From Clostridiales bacterium (GTDB taxonomy: Bacteria; Bacillota; Clostridia; Saccharofermentanales; Saccharofermentanaceae), in the NCBI GenBank assembly GCA_017513085.1, contig JAFWDK010000029.1, positions 1 through 64,000 of the forward strand: DNA of 64,000 nucleotides, written 5' to 3'. The translations under genes were made by a program, and so were the position numbers. A model generated the notes under the pieces. The model was not told where the DNA came from, searched no databases, and was given only the letters and a program-made list of their open reading frames with translations. Below, piece by piece: positions 9,280-18,789 of the stretch (position 1 is its first letter; every line of letters starts with the position of its first letter).

Positions 9280-11838
9280 ATGAACACAAAACTTCGTACA
9301 ATCTATGTTGTTCTGGCCGGAATTGCCGCGTTTTTGGGAATTGCTGTCCTGGTTGCGGTATGTGGAACGCTGGTTTCGCTTGGAAGTTCCACATCACTTT
9401 CTGATGCAGATAAAGATACGATGTACCGTGCTGCTCTGCTTACCGGAAATGAAGATTCCCTTCCAAGATGGAAGACGGAAGTTGAGCAGGGAAATGTTAG
9501 CGTCAGCGATTACGTGCGCACCTTGTTTATCGGACATGATTATCTGCTGTCAGGAAAGGACGACAGTGCTTTTGCAGCGGATCTGGCATGTGTTGCGTAT
9601 AACGATGCCAATGATGTATCCAAGATCATGGAACTGCTCGAGAACGGGTCAAGAAAATACGCGGTTGAGAAGATCCTGACGGATGTGGATGAAGATTATG
9701 CACCGCTTTCCGGCTTTTCCGACAAGAAAGGAACGCATTTTGCAGGAGTAAACATTAAAAATCCGTTGCAAAACGAAGAAGGCTATGCCTTCGGAATCCG
9801 GAAGATCGATGGGTCTATGCAGATCGATGGATCGGAATTGCGCGTGGATTTCTTTGTGGATAAAGAACCCAGACCGGGTCAGATCTTCGTTCCACAGGTA
9901 TCCGGAGAGGTTGATTTTTCCATGGAATGGGATACGCACGATGAGGACCCCGGAAATCACGATGTGGTCGTGCTTCTTCGGACGTCGGACGGCAGAGGTC
10001 AGGTAGTGACCGGCGGCGCCATTTTTATTCCTAAATGTTTTACGATTGTTCCGGAGGCAGTCCAGATCGGAAGCATCGAGCAAGGAGAACCGGAAGCCTG
10101 GTATATTCTGGATGCCGAAGAGAAAAATGCATATGTGAATATCATCGGGGCGGAATCCGATGTGGCGGCGACGCTATATGACCGATATGGAAACCTGATC
10201 GGCGAGAATGATCTCCATCATTCGGACTATGAGGTCCTTCGCGCGAAGCGGCAAGGAACTGCGATTTCCGGTGCGAAGGAAATCGGCGGACATAGCGACA
10301 ATGAGTTTTATGTCCGGATCAAGAGAAGTGACGAAGCGGCGCCCTCTGTGGCGAAGGTCAGTTATACACTGGTAATGTCTGCGGAGGTGGCGCAGGATGA
10401 AAATGGAGAACTTCTTGCGGTACTGGACAAAGTGGGTATCGTTCCGTCACCAAGACCTACCGGACCTGTCCCGGATGGCGTGACGGAAGAAATCGTGCGT
10501 TGCCGTGATTTGAATATGAATGAAGTGGAGCATACGCGGGGCTCACTGAATTTCCTTCCAATCAACAGTTATTTGACGGAACTTGAATTTCTGGATAAAG
10601 ACGGAAAAGCACTGGAGATCTATCCGGAGTTTGAGCAGAATACGTTTGACTATGCGATCGTGGGACAGTCTTATGAAGAGATCTCTGTAAAGTGTCAGGC
10701 TCAGGAGGGATATGCGGCGGAACTGAAGCTTTCGAATCTGAATGGGTCTTTGGTCCCTCAGATCTATCTTTTAGACGAAAAACTGAAAGTGAATACAGGA
10801 AAGAATGAGATCAAGCTGGAAGTGTCGGGCATTGATGAAGTGTCGCGCGTTTATACATTGCATTTGCTTGATGGACAGGACGAAGAAGGCTTTTCCAGAA
10901 AAGTACTGAATCAGTTTCCGAAGTCGTACTCGGACGGATTGTGGCTCCTGCACTGCCTGCATCCGAATTATCAGTTCCAGCCGTATAAGACCGGATTGAA
11001 ATTCGAAGAAGTACTTGCCCATGAGGATAAGACCAGCCGCAGCTTGGCAAGTTCGACATATAATCCGACCTGGGTCAAGCCCAATAGTCCGGTATATGAT
11101 GGTAAGTCATGGAAGGCGGCGAAGCGCGAAGTCGTAAGTTACTTCATGGATCCGCGTAACTTCCTGACGCCGACCGGCATTTTCCAGTTCGAAAAACTGT
11201 CTTTTGATGCGAGTGTCCATACTCTTGATGGAATCACAGCGATGACAAAGGGATCTTTCCTTGATTCGCAGGAACCGGATTATCCGTCGATCCTTCTGAA
11301 AGCGGGAAAACAGGCCAGCGTTTCTCCTTATTTCCTTGCGAGCCGTATTATGCAGGAGATGGGAAGAGATGGTGAGTCCAAGCTTGCACATGGCACGCTT
11401 CCCGGATATGAGGGGTATTACAATTTCTACAATATCGGCTCAACACCGGATCCGGCAGTAAAGAACGGCGCGCTGATCAATGGCGCGAAATTTGCCATGT
11501 ATGGATATAAAGCCAGCGAGAAACAGGTCACGAAGGAAGAAGCGGACATGCTGATCCCGTGGACAGATGAGGAGAAAGCAATCTGCGGTGGTGCGATGTG
11601 GATCGGAAAGAGTTACATCGAGATCGGGCAGGATACGCTTTATTTCCAGAAGTTTGACATCATCCAAAACACAGACGGACTTTACGAACATCAGTATGCC
11701 CAGAATATCTCCATGGCCAGCAGCGAAGGCGTCCGCTACTATACTGCATATGCTTCGCAGGACATGTTAGACGAAGCTTTTGTCTTTATCGTGCCGATTT
11801 ATGACGAAATGCCGAATGATTATGGCACTTTGCCGTAA
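9280..11838 (+). CDS. Membrane-anchored cell-wall glucosaminidase-like protein with cadherin-like beta-sandwich and a degenerate DUF4214-like N-terminal region
   Basis: N-terminal TM; cadherin-like segment (IYPEFEQNTFDY...GKNEIKLEVSG). C-terminal YFMDPRNFL, ASRIMQE, YYNFYNIG and QDTLYFQKF..HQYAQNI are typical of GH73-like peptidoglycan hydrolases. Confidence 0.75.
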   Translation: MNTKLRTIYVVLAGIAAFLGIAVLVAVCGTLVSLGSSTSLSDADKDTMYRAALLTGNEDSLPRWKTEVEQGNVSVSDYVRTLFIGHDYLLSGKDDSAFAADLACVAYNDANDVSKIMELLENGSRKYAVEKILTDVDEDYAPLSGFSDKKGTHFAGVNIKNPLQNEEGYAFGIRKIDGSMQIDGSELRVDFFVDKEPRPGQIFVPQVSGEVDFSMEWDTHDEDPGNHDVVVLLRTSDGRGQVVTGGAIFIPKCFTIVPEAVQIGSIEQGEPEAWYILDAEEKNAYVNIIGAESDVAATLYDRYGNLIGENDLHHSDYEVLRAKRQGTAISGAKEIGGHSDNEFYVRIKRSDEAAPSVAKVSYTLVMSAEVAQDENGELLAVLDKVGIVPSPRPTGPVPDGVTEEIVRCRDLNMNEVEHTRGSLNFLPINSYLTELEFLDKDGKALEIYPEFEQNTFDYAIVGQSYEEISVKCQAQEGYAAELKLSNLNGSLVPQIYLLDEKLKVNTGKNEIKLEVSGIDEVSRVYTLHLLDGQDEEGFSRKVLNQFPKSYSDGLWLLHCLHPNYQFQPYKTGLKFEEVLAHEDKTSRSLASSTYNPTWVKPNSPVYDGKSWKAAKREVVSYFMDPRNFLTPTGIFQFEKLSFDASVHTLDGITAMTKGSFLDSQEPDYPSILLKAGKQASVSPYFLASRIMQEMGRDGESKLAHGTLPGYEGYYNFYNIGSTPDPAVKNGALINGAKFAMYGYKASEKQVTKEEADMLIPWTDEEKAICGGAMWIGKSYIEIGQDTLYFQKFDIIQNTDGLYEHQYAQNISMASSEGVRYYTAYASQDMLDEAFVFIVPIYDEMPNDYGTLP

Positions 11839-11843
11839 ATTAT

Positions 11844-11873
11844 TGCCAGAAGACGCGCCTATCCCTTATAATG
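11844..11873 (+). promoter_or_regulatory. Putative sigma-A promoter
   Basis: TTGCCA-N18-TATAAT upstream of 11923. Confidence 0.55.
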
Positions 11874-11922
11874 CAGTTGAAAAGAAACACATGCGAACGT
11901 AGTTCAGGGTATTGGGACGAAT

Positions 11923-13407
11923 ATGATAATGAGACAAAGTAAGATATTCAAGAGTATCTTATTGCTTTTTATATGTGTATTTGTGCTGTCATTCTCTGCT
12001 GTCTGCCTTCAGGCTGCCGGCGGAGTTACGGTCGACCTTTCTTTTCGGGAAGCTTCGTCCAAAGCAGGAGAAATCGTTAACCTGGATGTCGTGTTCAGTT
12101 CTTTTCCTAGCATTACAAGATTCGGCCCGATCGAGATCGGTTATGAAGATGAAAACCTGGAGTTCGTAGATGCTCAGATGGGCGACCAGCTGGTAGGATT
12201 TTCCCTTACTTACGAGAAGGACGAGGAAAGTGCGCTTGTCCGTATATCTGCCGTGAATGAGGAACTGGAAGAAGCGATCCTGCATGCAGCGGCGGAAACA
12301 GGAGAATCTGTAGAAACATCAGCCAATTCACGTGACGATAACGCTTTCAGTTCGGAAGGCCCGATCATAGTTGCGACACTGCATTTTAAGATCAAGGAAT
12401 CTGCCAGAGGCGAAGTTAAAGCATGGCTCGGCGGCATTTCGGGTTTCCGTGACAGTGTACTGGAGAATGTAGTCGCCGGTGCAGGAAACAGTGGGTCTCT
12501 CATCGTTCAGGCGGTCGTGTCGTCTGATGCTACATTGTCGTCTCTCTCGATCGGTTCTCTGGAATTGAAGCCGGAATTCGATCCAGGTATTTTCGAATAC
12601 GAAGCGGTGGTTTCTAAAAATGTGACCGATGTGGCGGTGAATGCTACAGCCTACAATATTAATTCCACAGTGACTGTGGATGGTCAATCGAATCTTCATC
12701 CGGGAAATAATCCGGTTACCGTGACGGTCAAAGCGGAAGACGGAGAATCGGTGAATGTCTATACGATCAACATATTCCAAAGCGATGTGCTCTCCGTACA
12801 AGGCCTGTTTTTGAAGGATAAGGACGGCGAGAACTATTTCTTCGAACCGCTGCCGGAGACGATCGTGATCCCGGCCGACTTTTACCAGACAACTGTGCTT
12901 CTCGGCGGTAAAGAAGTGCCGTGCTTTAAGAGAGATGGCGTAAAGAGTGTGCTCATTTACGTTGCCAAAGAGGGCGGACAAGCCGGACTTTATGCTTACA
13001 ATCAAGACACCAATATCCTGAGACTTTATGAGCCGGGCAAAATGCTTCTTCGTACATCGTTGATCCTTACTGTGGAAGAAGTTCCGGGAAGTGTTATGAT
13101 CCCGGAAGGATTCACACCGGCGAGCATTCCTTTTGGAACTACGGAAATCAGCGGTTATGTTTCAAAAGACAAGACAACTTGCATTGCTTATCTTAAGACG
13201 GAGGACGGAAGCGCACAGTTTTATGTGATCGATTCCCAGAACCGGGATTTCTATCCGTATAAGAGCACGGCTACGACGCAAAACCTGTTTTTGTATTTAT
13301 GTATTGTTTGTGCTAGTATAGCTGTGGTTGAAGCGCTGATCATCGGCTTGATGTTCTATAGAAGGCGCCATCAATTCCGCCGTCAGGCCAAGCCAAGGAG
13401 AGTATAA
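11923..13407 (+). CDS. Secreted, C-terminally anchored protein with cohesin-like and cadherin-like beta-sandwich domains
   Basis: Signal peptide; cohesin-like N-domain (GEIVNLDV...IGYEDENLEFV...VATLHFKIK); SSDATLSSLSI...LKPEFDPGIFEY...VTVKAEDG cadherin-like; C-terminal TM plus basic tail. Confidence 0.75.
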   Translation: MIMRQSKIFKSILLLFICVFVLSFSAVCLQAAGGVTVDLSFREASSKAGEIVNLDVVFSSFPSITRFGPIEIGYEDENLEFVDAQMGDQLVGFSLTYEKDEESALVRISAVNEELEEAILHAAAETGESVETSANSRDDNAFSSEGPIIVATLHFKIKESARGEVKAWLGGISGFRDSVLENVVAGAGNSGSLIVQAVVSSDATLSSLSIGSLELKPEFDPGIFEYEAVVSKNVTDVAVNATAYNINSTVTVDGQSNLHPGNNPVTVTVKAEDGESVNVYTINIFQSDVLSVQGLFLKDKDGENYFFEPLPETIVIPADFYQTTVLLGGKEVPCFKRDGVKSVLIYVAKEGGQAGLYAYNQDTNILRLYEPGKMLLRTSLILTVEEVPGSVMIPEGFTPASIPFGTTEISGYVSKDKTTCIAYLKTEDGSAQFYVIDSQNRDFYPYKSTATTQNLFLYLCIVCASIAVVEALIIGLMFYRRRHQFRRQAKPRRV

Positions 13408-13408
13408 A

Positions 13409-13990
13409 ATGTCGAATAATGCTGAAGACGCATCTAAACTGAAAAAACTTATATCGAACAAGAAGTTTCAGGAGATCTTCTGGTACTTTGTGTTTGGTGT
13501 TCTGACCACAGTAGTCAACCTCATTGTTTTTGCTCTGTTGGATAAACTTTTCAACGTAAAATGGCCGGTTCAGATCTTCGGCTATGACTTTGATATGTAC
13601 ATAGTTTTCGTCAATTGCGTAGCATGGGTCGCCGCAATCGTTTTCGCTTATGTAACCAATAAACTTTTCGTTTTTCATACGAAAGGAAATGTCGTGCGCG
13701 AATTTATCAGCTTTGTCGGGGCACGATTGTTTACGTTCTTTGCTTTTGAGGTCGGATTGTTCTCTTTGGGCATTATGTTAATGGAAAATACTTTCAAAAT
13801 GCCGCAGGATGACCTTTGGATCGAACTATTCGGTTTCCGGGTAACGAATAAGTACATAATCAAGATTTTTATCGCCTTCTTCGTCGTCGTGGCAAACTAC
13901 ATCTTCAGTAAGCTTTTTATCTTCAAGAAAGATAAGAAAGACGAGAAAAAAGATGCATCCGAGCCGACAGAAGAGGTAAAGGAAGCATAA
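13409..13990 (+). CDS. GtrA family membrane protein
   Basis: YFVFGVLTTVVN, FAYVTNKLFVF and NYIFSKLFIF. Confidence 0.88.
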   Translation: MSNNAEDASKLKKLISNKKFQEIFWYFVFGVLTTVVNLIVFALLDKLFNVKWPVQIFGYDFDMYIVFVNCVAWVAAIVFAYVTNKLFVFHTKGNVVREFISFVGARLFTFFAFEVGLFSLGIMLMENTFKMPQDDLWIELFGFRVTNKYIIKIFIAFFVVVANYIFSKLFIFKKDKKDEKKDASEPTEEVKEA

Positions 13991-13991
13991 C

Positions 13992-15419
13992 ATGATCGAT
14001 TCCAGCGCACCGGTTTTTCTTCAGACAGCAAACCGTTTCGGAATTAAACTGGGCCTTTCACGTATGCAGGCATTGCTTGCCAAACTGGGTGATCCTCATA
14101 AAGATCTGCGGGCCGTACATATTGCCGGAACCAACGGAAAAGGTTCTGTTTCCGCATATTGCGCGGCAATGCTCGCGTGCGATGGCCACAAGGTCGGACT
14201 ATATACATCTCCATTTCTGGAACGTTTCTCGGAAAGGATCCGTATTTTGAATGGCAAAGAAGGACTTCTTGCCTGGGAAAAGGATGACCGTTACGGGGAA
14301 ATCGGAAAAGACGACCTGGAGCGGCTTTCGGCTATAGTCGAGCAGGCGGTCGCGCAGCTTCTGAAAGAAGGCGAAGAGCATCCGACGGAATTTGAATTGG
14401 TCACGGCAGTCGCTTTTTTGTATTTCCGTGAAAAGCACTGTGACTATGTAGTTCTGGAGACAGGCCTGGGTGGCCGACTGGATTCCACGAATGTGATCGA
14501 AAAGCCTGTCTGTTCGCTGATCACGGCGTTGGGCTACGATCACATGGATCGGTTGGGGAATACCCTCTCTGAGATTGCAGGAGAAAAGGGCGGCATCATT
14601 AAAGAAGGATGCCCGGTATTTGCCATGGATACGAATCAGGCGGCGGTAACCGCTGCGGAAGCCGGGCAAGCCAGAGCAAAGCTGGAAGAAATTGCCAGAG
14701 AAAAGCATGCTCCGCTGACTTTTGTCGGAAATGACGAAGCGAAAAAGATCAGATCCGATCTTTCCGGACAGACGTTTTCTTTTGATGGAACTGAGTATAC
14801 TACGCCTATGCACGGGGCATATCAGTTGTCGAACGCAGGACTGGCGCTTCGGGCGATGCAGGACCTGGTGTCCGGGCAGGCAAGAAACGAGGGACTCCTT
14901 CACACAAGGTGGAAGGGCCGGCTGGAAGTGGTTACCGAAGACTTGCCGATCATTCTGGATGGAGCCCATAATCCGCAGGGAATCACGGTTTTCTGCGATT
15001 TTCTGGAAGATACGAAAGAACTGAAGCGCTGCCGCCCTTGTGAATTGATCATGGGGGTCATGGCAGACAAGGATGTAAAAAAGATGCTGTCGATCCTGGC
15101 GGAGAGATGGTGTGTTCCTATCGGACGGATCACGTTCGTTCGCCCTGAACAGACACGCGCGATGCAGGCAGACGCCTTAAAAAGTGCTTTTGACGAAGTA
15201 TTGCGTGAAGGAAAAGCGTTTTACAATTCCCAATCGTGTATGTATAATGCTAGAGAAAAACTTGCTTCTATCGACGACGCGACGGAAGCGTGCCGGATCG
15301 CCTTGGATCGGGCGGTAAAAAACCGCTCTCCTCTTTATGTGATCGGATCGCTGTATCTGCTCGGACAAGTCCGGGAGACGATCGTGTCAGGTTGGCAGAA
15401 GATTCAGGAAAAGACCTGA
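13992..15419 (+). CDS. folC: Folylpolyglutamate synthase / dihydrofolate synthase
   Basis: HIAGTNGKGS, YTSPFL, ETGLGGRLDSTN, WKGRLE, LDGAHNP and GSLYL. Confidence 0.93.
   Translation: MIDSSAPVFLQTANRFGIKLGLSRMQALLAKLGDPHKDLRAVHIAGTNGKGSVSAYCAAMLACDGHKVGLYTSPFLERFSERIRILNGKEGLLAWEKDDRYGEIGKDDLERLSAIVEQAVAQLLKEGEEHPTEFELVTAVAFLYFREKHCDYVVLETGLGGRLDSTNVIEKPVCSLITALGYDHMDRLGNTLSEIAGEKGGIIKEGCPVFAMDTNQAAVTAAEAGQARAKLEEIAREKHAPLTFVGNDEAKKIRSDLSGQTFSFDGTEYTTPMHGAYQLSNAGLALRAMQDLVSGQARNEGLLHTRWKGRLEVVTEDLPIILDGAHNPQGITVFCDFLEDTKELKRCRPCELIMGVMADKDVKKMLSILAERWCVPIGRITFVRPEQTRAMQADALKSAFDEVLREGKAFYNSQSCMYNAREKLASIDDATEACRIALDRAVKNRSPLYVIGSLYLLGQVRETIVSGWQKIQEKT
15220..15248 (+). promoter_or_regulatory. 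Internal sigma-A promoter within the 3' end of folC
   Basis: TTTACA (15220-15225)-N17-TATAAT (15243-15248), about 185 bp upstream of the TPR gene. Confidence 0.65.
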
Positions 15420-15432
15420 AAAGGAAAACAAG

Positions 15433-16284
15433 ATGGACTGGAAAACTGTAGGACAATCGATTCAGGAGATTACGACACGTGATCTGGCGGCGTTCCGACT
15501 GGCTCCGGAAGATGCGGAACAGTTGGCCCGGCAGTATAATCGGGCGCTTTTTAACATGAATAATGATGGCGCTGATGTCGCGATCATTTCGCTGAAAAAG
15601 ATCATTACGAATTATCCGGATTGGGGCGAGCCGTCCTTGTTGTTCGGCATTTGTGTGGCACAGTGCGAGGAATACCACCGTGCGGTGTCATGCTTTGAGC
15701 ATGCATTGACCAGTGGTCTGCATTCTCAGGAGATGACGGAACTCGCGCAATTCTGTCTTGCAGAGTCCAAGAAAGATATGGAGACAGCCGCTGCAGTGGC
15801 GCCGGAGGAAAAGGAAGAAGAGTCTCCGCTCAAAGCGCTTTCGACGGCAATCACGCGTCAGGAGTCTCCCATGGTGGCCGAAAGTGAAAACCGGGAGAGG
15901 ATCCATGTGCAGGCTCCGATCCTTATGAAGGCACCGAAAAAACCGACCAAACGTCGTCTGGCGACCGAGAAAGAGATCCGCGATGCGCTGATGCAGACGA
16001 CTTCTTCGAACGGAGAGATTCCGGACGACGATATTAATGTTGAGTTCCCGAAGACCCCGGCAGAGAAAATGCGTATTACGTTGATTGCGCTGGCTGCGTT
16101 TCTGGCGCTTGTGGGAATATTCTTCCTGGTCAAATACCTGATCGTACCTGCTGTTTCCAGTGCTTCGGAAAAAGCAAAGAACGGAGAGAAGGTAGAATTC
16201 CTGGTATCGAAGATGGAAGAGAACGAGAAGGACCCGGAAGTGTCGGCGATCTTTTCTGAATACCAAGAGAAATACGGAAAATAA
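15433..16284 (+). CDS. TPR-like protein with C-terminal membrane anchor
   Basis: YNRAL...LFGICVAQCEEYHRAVSCFEHAL TPR-like helices; TM ITLIALAAFLALVGIFFLV. Confidence 0.65.
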   Translation: MDWKTVGQSIQEITTRDLAAFRLAPEDAEQLARQYNRALFNMNNDGADVAIISLKKIITNYPDWGEPSLLFGICVAQCEEYHRAVSCFEHALTSGLHSQEMTELAQFCLAESKKDMETAAAVAPEEKEEESPLKALSTAITRQESPMVAESENRERIHVQAPILMKAPKKPTKRRLATEKEIRDALMQTTSSNGEIPDDDINVEFPKTPAEKMRITLIALAAFLALVGIFFLVKYLIVPAVSSASEKAKNGEKVEFLVSKMEENEKDPEVSAIFSEYQEKYGK

Positions 16285-16298
16285 GGAGTAATGATTCT

Positions 16299-17804
16299 AT
16301 GATGTACATCAGCACAAGAGGATATGATAAGAAGTTTTCGGCAGCGGAAGCGATCAAGCAAGGTATTGCACCGGATGGCGGATTGTTTGTCCCGGAAGAG
16401 ATTCCGCAGCTGAGCAAAAAAGAGATCATGGCCATGACGGAGATGACATATCCTCAGATTGCAGCAACTGTGCTGAGTAAATATTTGACAGACTTTTCCT
16501 ATGACGAACTCATTTCTTATACTGAGCAGGCTTATGCGGAAGAGAAGTTCGGCGAGAAGCCGGCACCGCTGGTTCAGCTGAATAAGTATAATCCGAGAGA
16601 ATATATTCTGGAGCTGTGGCATGGCCCGACGGCGGCATTCAAAGATATGGCGCTGCAGCTTCTGCCACACTTGATGACAGCTTCGGCTAAGAAAACAGGC
16701 GAGGATAGAAAGATCTGTATTCTGACAGCTACTTCCGGTGACACCGGCAAAGCCGCGCTGGAGGGATTCAAGGATCTCCCGGGAACGGAAGTCATCGTAT
16801 TCTATCCGTCCGAGGGCGTATCCGACGCGCAGAAGCAGCAGATGATCACAACTGAGGGCAATAATGTCCATGTTGTAGCGGTCAACGGATGCTTCGATGA
16901 TGCACAGTCCGGTGTTAAGGCTATCTTCGGCGATCCGGCTATGGCGGAAGAACTGAATAACATGGGTATCGTGCTTTCTTCGGCTAACTCCATCAACTGG
17001 GGACGTCTGGTTCCGCAGATCGCATATTATGTAGCGTCCTATGTTGAACTTCTCAAGTACGAAGAGTTTAACTTCGGTGAGAAGATGAACGTAGTCGTTC
17101 CGACAGGAAACTTCGGCAACATTCTGGCGGCCTGGTATGCCAAGAAGATGGGCATTCCGATGAAGAAACTCATCTGCGCATCCAATAAGAACAAAGTGCT
17201 TTCCGATTTCTTCAGAAGCGGCACGTACGACAGAAACCGCGAGTTCTATAAGACAAACTCGCCGTCCATGGACATCCTGATCTCCAGTAACCTCGAAAGA
17301 CTTCTGTTTGAGGTGACAGGAAAAGATGCAGGAAAGACAAAGGGATGGATGGAAGATCTGAAAGAAAAAGGCGTATACTCCGTTGACCCGGAGACGCTCC
17401 ACACGCTACAGATGACTTTTGTCGGCGGTTTTGCCGATGAAGCCGGAATCACAAAAACGATCCGCGACGTCTATGACCGTTGTGATCACGTTGTTGATAC
17501 ACATACTGCCGTAGGCTTCAACATTTATAACCGCTATTACCAGCGTTCCGGCGATGAGACAAAGACTGTCTTTGTTTCTACGGCAAGTCCTTTTAAATTT
17601 GCTCCGGCAGTAATGGATGCATTAAATGGCGCAGGATACAGCAATGGCCGTTCTGACGAAGTGATCACAAAAGAGCTGTCTGAAGAAAGTGGTCTGGAGA
17701 TTCCATACGGATTGAAGGATATCAACAAGAAACCTGTCCTCCATAATCTTCTTATCGAGAAGGAAAACATGCGTCAGACCGTTCTGGATCTGCTGAAAAA
17801 ATAA
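16299..17804 (+). CDS. thrC: Threonine synthase
   Basis: YISTRG, DGGLFVP, ELWHGPTAAFKDMAL (PLP Lys), TSGDTG, SANSINWGR and VPTGNFGN. Confidence 0.95.
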   Translation: MMYISTRGYDKKFSAAEAIKQGIAPDGGLFVPEEIPQLSKKEIMAMTEMTYPQIAATVLSKYLTDFSYDELISYTEQAYAEEKFGEKPAPLVQLNKYNPREYILELWHGPTAAFKDMALQLLPHLMTASAKKTGEDRKICILTATSGDTGKAALEGFKDLPGTEVIVFYPSEGVSDAQKQQMITTEGNNVHVVAVNGCFDDAQSGVKAIFGDPAMAEELNNMGIVLSSANSINWGRLVPQIAYYVASYVELLKYEEFNFGEKMNVVVPTGNFGNILAAWYAKKMGIPMKKLICASNKNKVLSDFFRSGTYDRNREFYKTNSPSMDILISSNLERLLFEVTGKDAGKTKGWMEDLKEKGVYSVDPETLHTLQMTFVGGFADEAGITKTIRDVYDRCDHVVDTHTAVGFNIYNRYYQRSGDETKTVFVSTASPFKFAPAVMDALNGAGYSNGRSDEVITKELSEESGLEIPYGLKDINKKPVLHNLLIEKENMRQTVLDLLKK

Positions 17805-17820
17805 TCCGGACAAGATGATC

Positions 17821-17919
17821 CGGCTTGCACTTTAGTCAATCTTAACTTCAACTAAACGATTGATTAACTTTCATGTTCTAATATGGTATCAACTGAAAAA
17901 ACATGGAGAGTGCAAGCTG
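17821..17919 (+). other. Predicted three-way-junction structured element (unassigned)
   Basis: Three abutting stems: 17821-31/17909-19, 17832-41/17858-67 and 17869-77/17900-08. See findings. Confidence 0.5.
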
Positions 17920-17958
17920 TGAAAAAGAACCTGCGCACTGTTCTTCTGAGGTGAAACG

Positions 17959-18723
17959 ATGAAGATCGGTGGACTAAAAAAATCATGTCTGATCGTTTGC
18001 TGTCTTTTGGTATTTCTCTCGTCTTATGGCGTGATTGCGGGAGATCTCTTCTGGAATGTCCTTTTGTTCCGGAAAGTAAGCTTTACCCGTGAGATCCCCT
18101 ATCTTTTCGAGGAGTCTTCTGAGCTGTTCTGTCCGCGAGTGGATACGGATGGAAATCTTCTGATCGAAAAACCAAAGGGGAATACCGGGGCGCTTGAGAT
18201 CGCCAGTGAGTATAATGTTCTGAAGAAAAAGATATCGATCAGTTCGACTGCGCTGGCATTTGTGGATATTTCAAACACGAAACTGTATCATACGGATGAT
18301 CCCGAGAAGAAACTGTTGAACGAAAAAGAGATGCTCGCTCTGTTCAGCGATCTTTCCGGTACGAGAACGAAGATCGGGAAAGACCTTTTTAAAAGGGAAA
18401 GAGTGAAGCTTTCCAGAGATCTCTACGAGGTATTTTACGTGCATGGCGACGTGACCGGAGAGATCTGCACGTATAGTTACCGGGGCACGGAAGAAACACA
18501 CCGGATGCCGGAAATCCCGGTTTCCTGGACAAATCTGAAGCAAGAAGTATTCCGTAGATGCTTCTCGGCCCAGGCTCTGCTGATAGCAGTTATTTTGACA
18601 GTCATCGTCGGCATTTCCGCCTTTGCACTGGCAAAAAGGTTTTCAAACCGGTCGATCCTGGGCATGACTATAGTCGTAACTGCCGCAGCTATCGTCTCTG
18701 CCATAATCAGCATGATCTATTAA
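17959..18723 (+). CDS. Hypothetical membrane protein
   Basis: GAGGTG RBS; one N-terminal and two C-terminal hydrophobic segments; no motif recognised. Confidence 0.7.
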   Translation: MKIGGLKKSCLIVCCLLVFLSSYGVIAGDLFWNVLLFRKVSFTREIPYLFEESSELFCPRVDTDGNLLIEKPKGNTGALEIASEYNVLKKKISISSTALAFVDISNTKLYHTDDPEKKLLNEKEMLALFSDLSGTRTKIGKDLFKRERVKLSRDLYEVFYVHGDVTGEICTYSYRGTEETHRMPEIPVSWTNLKQEVFRRCFSAQALLIAVILTVIVGISAFALAKRFSNRSILGMTIVVTAAAIVSAIISMIY

Positions 18724-18759
18724 AAAGCGGTGACCCGGTCTTTCCCGAATCACCGCTTT
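18722..18759. terminator. Bidirectional intrinsic terminator between convergent genes
   Basis: AAAAAGCGGTGA...TCACCGCTTT inverted repeat. Confidence 0.75.
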
Positions 18760-18789
18760 ACTATTACATTTCACTTGAAGAGACCGGCA

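Noticed and set aside
11895-11905. LexA-like box GAACGTAGTTC
   Set aside because: The spacer is 3 bp rather than the 4 bp of GAAC-N4-GTTC.
15858-17402. 514-aa antisense ORF over thrC
   Set aside because: It is the same kind of antisense shadow ORF; the sense gene is unambiguous.
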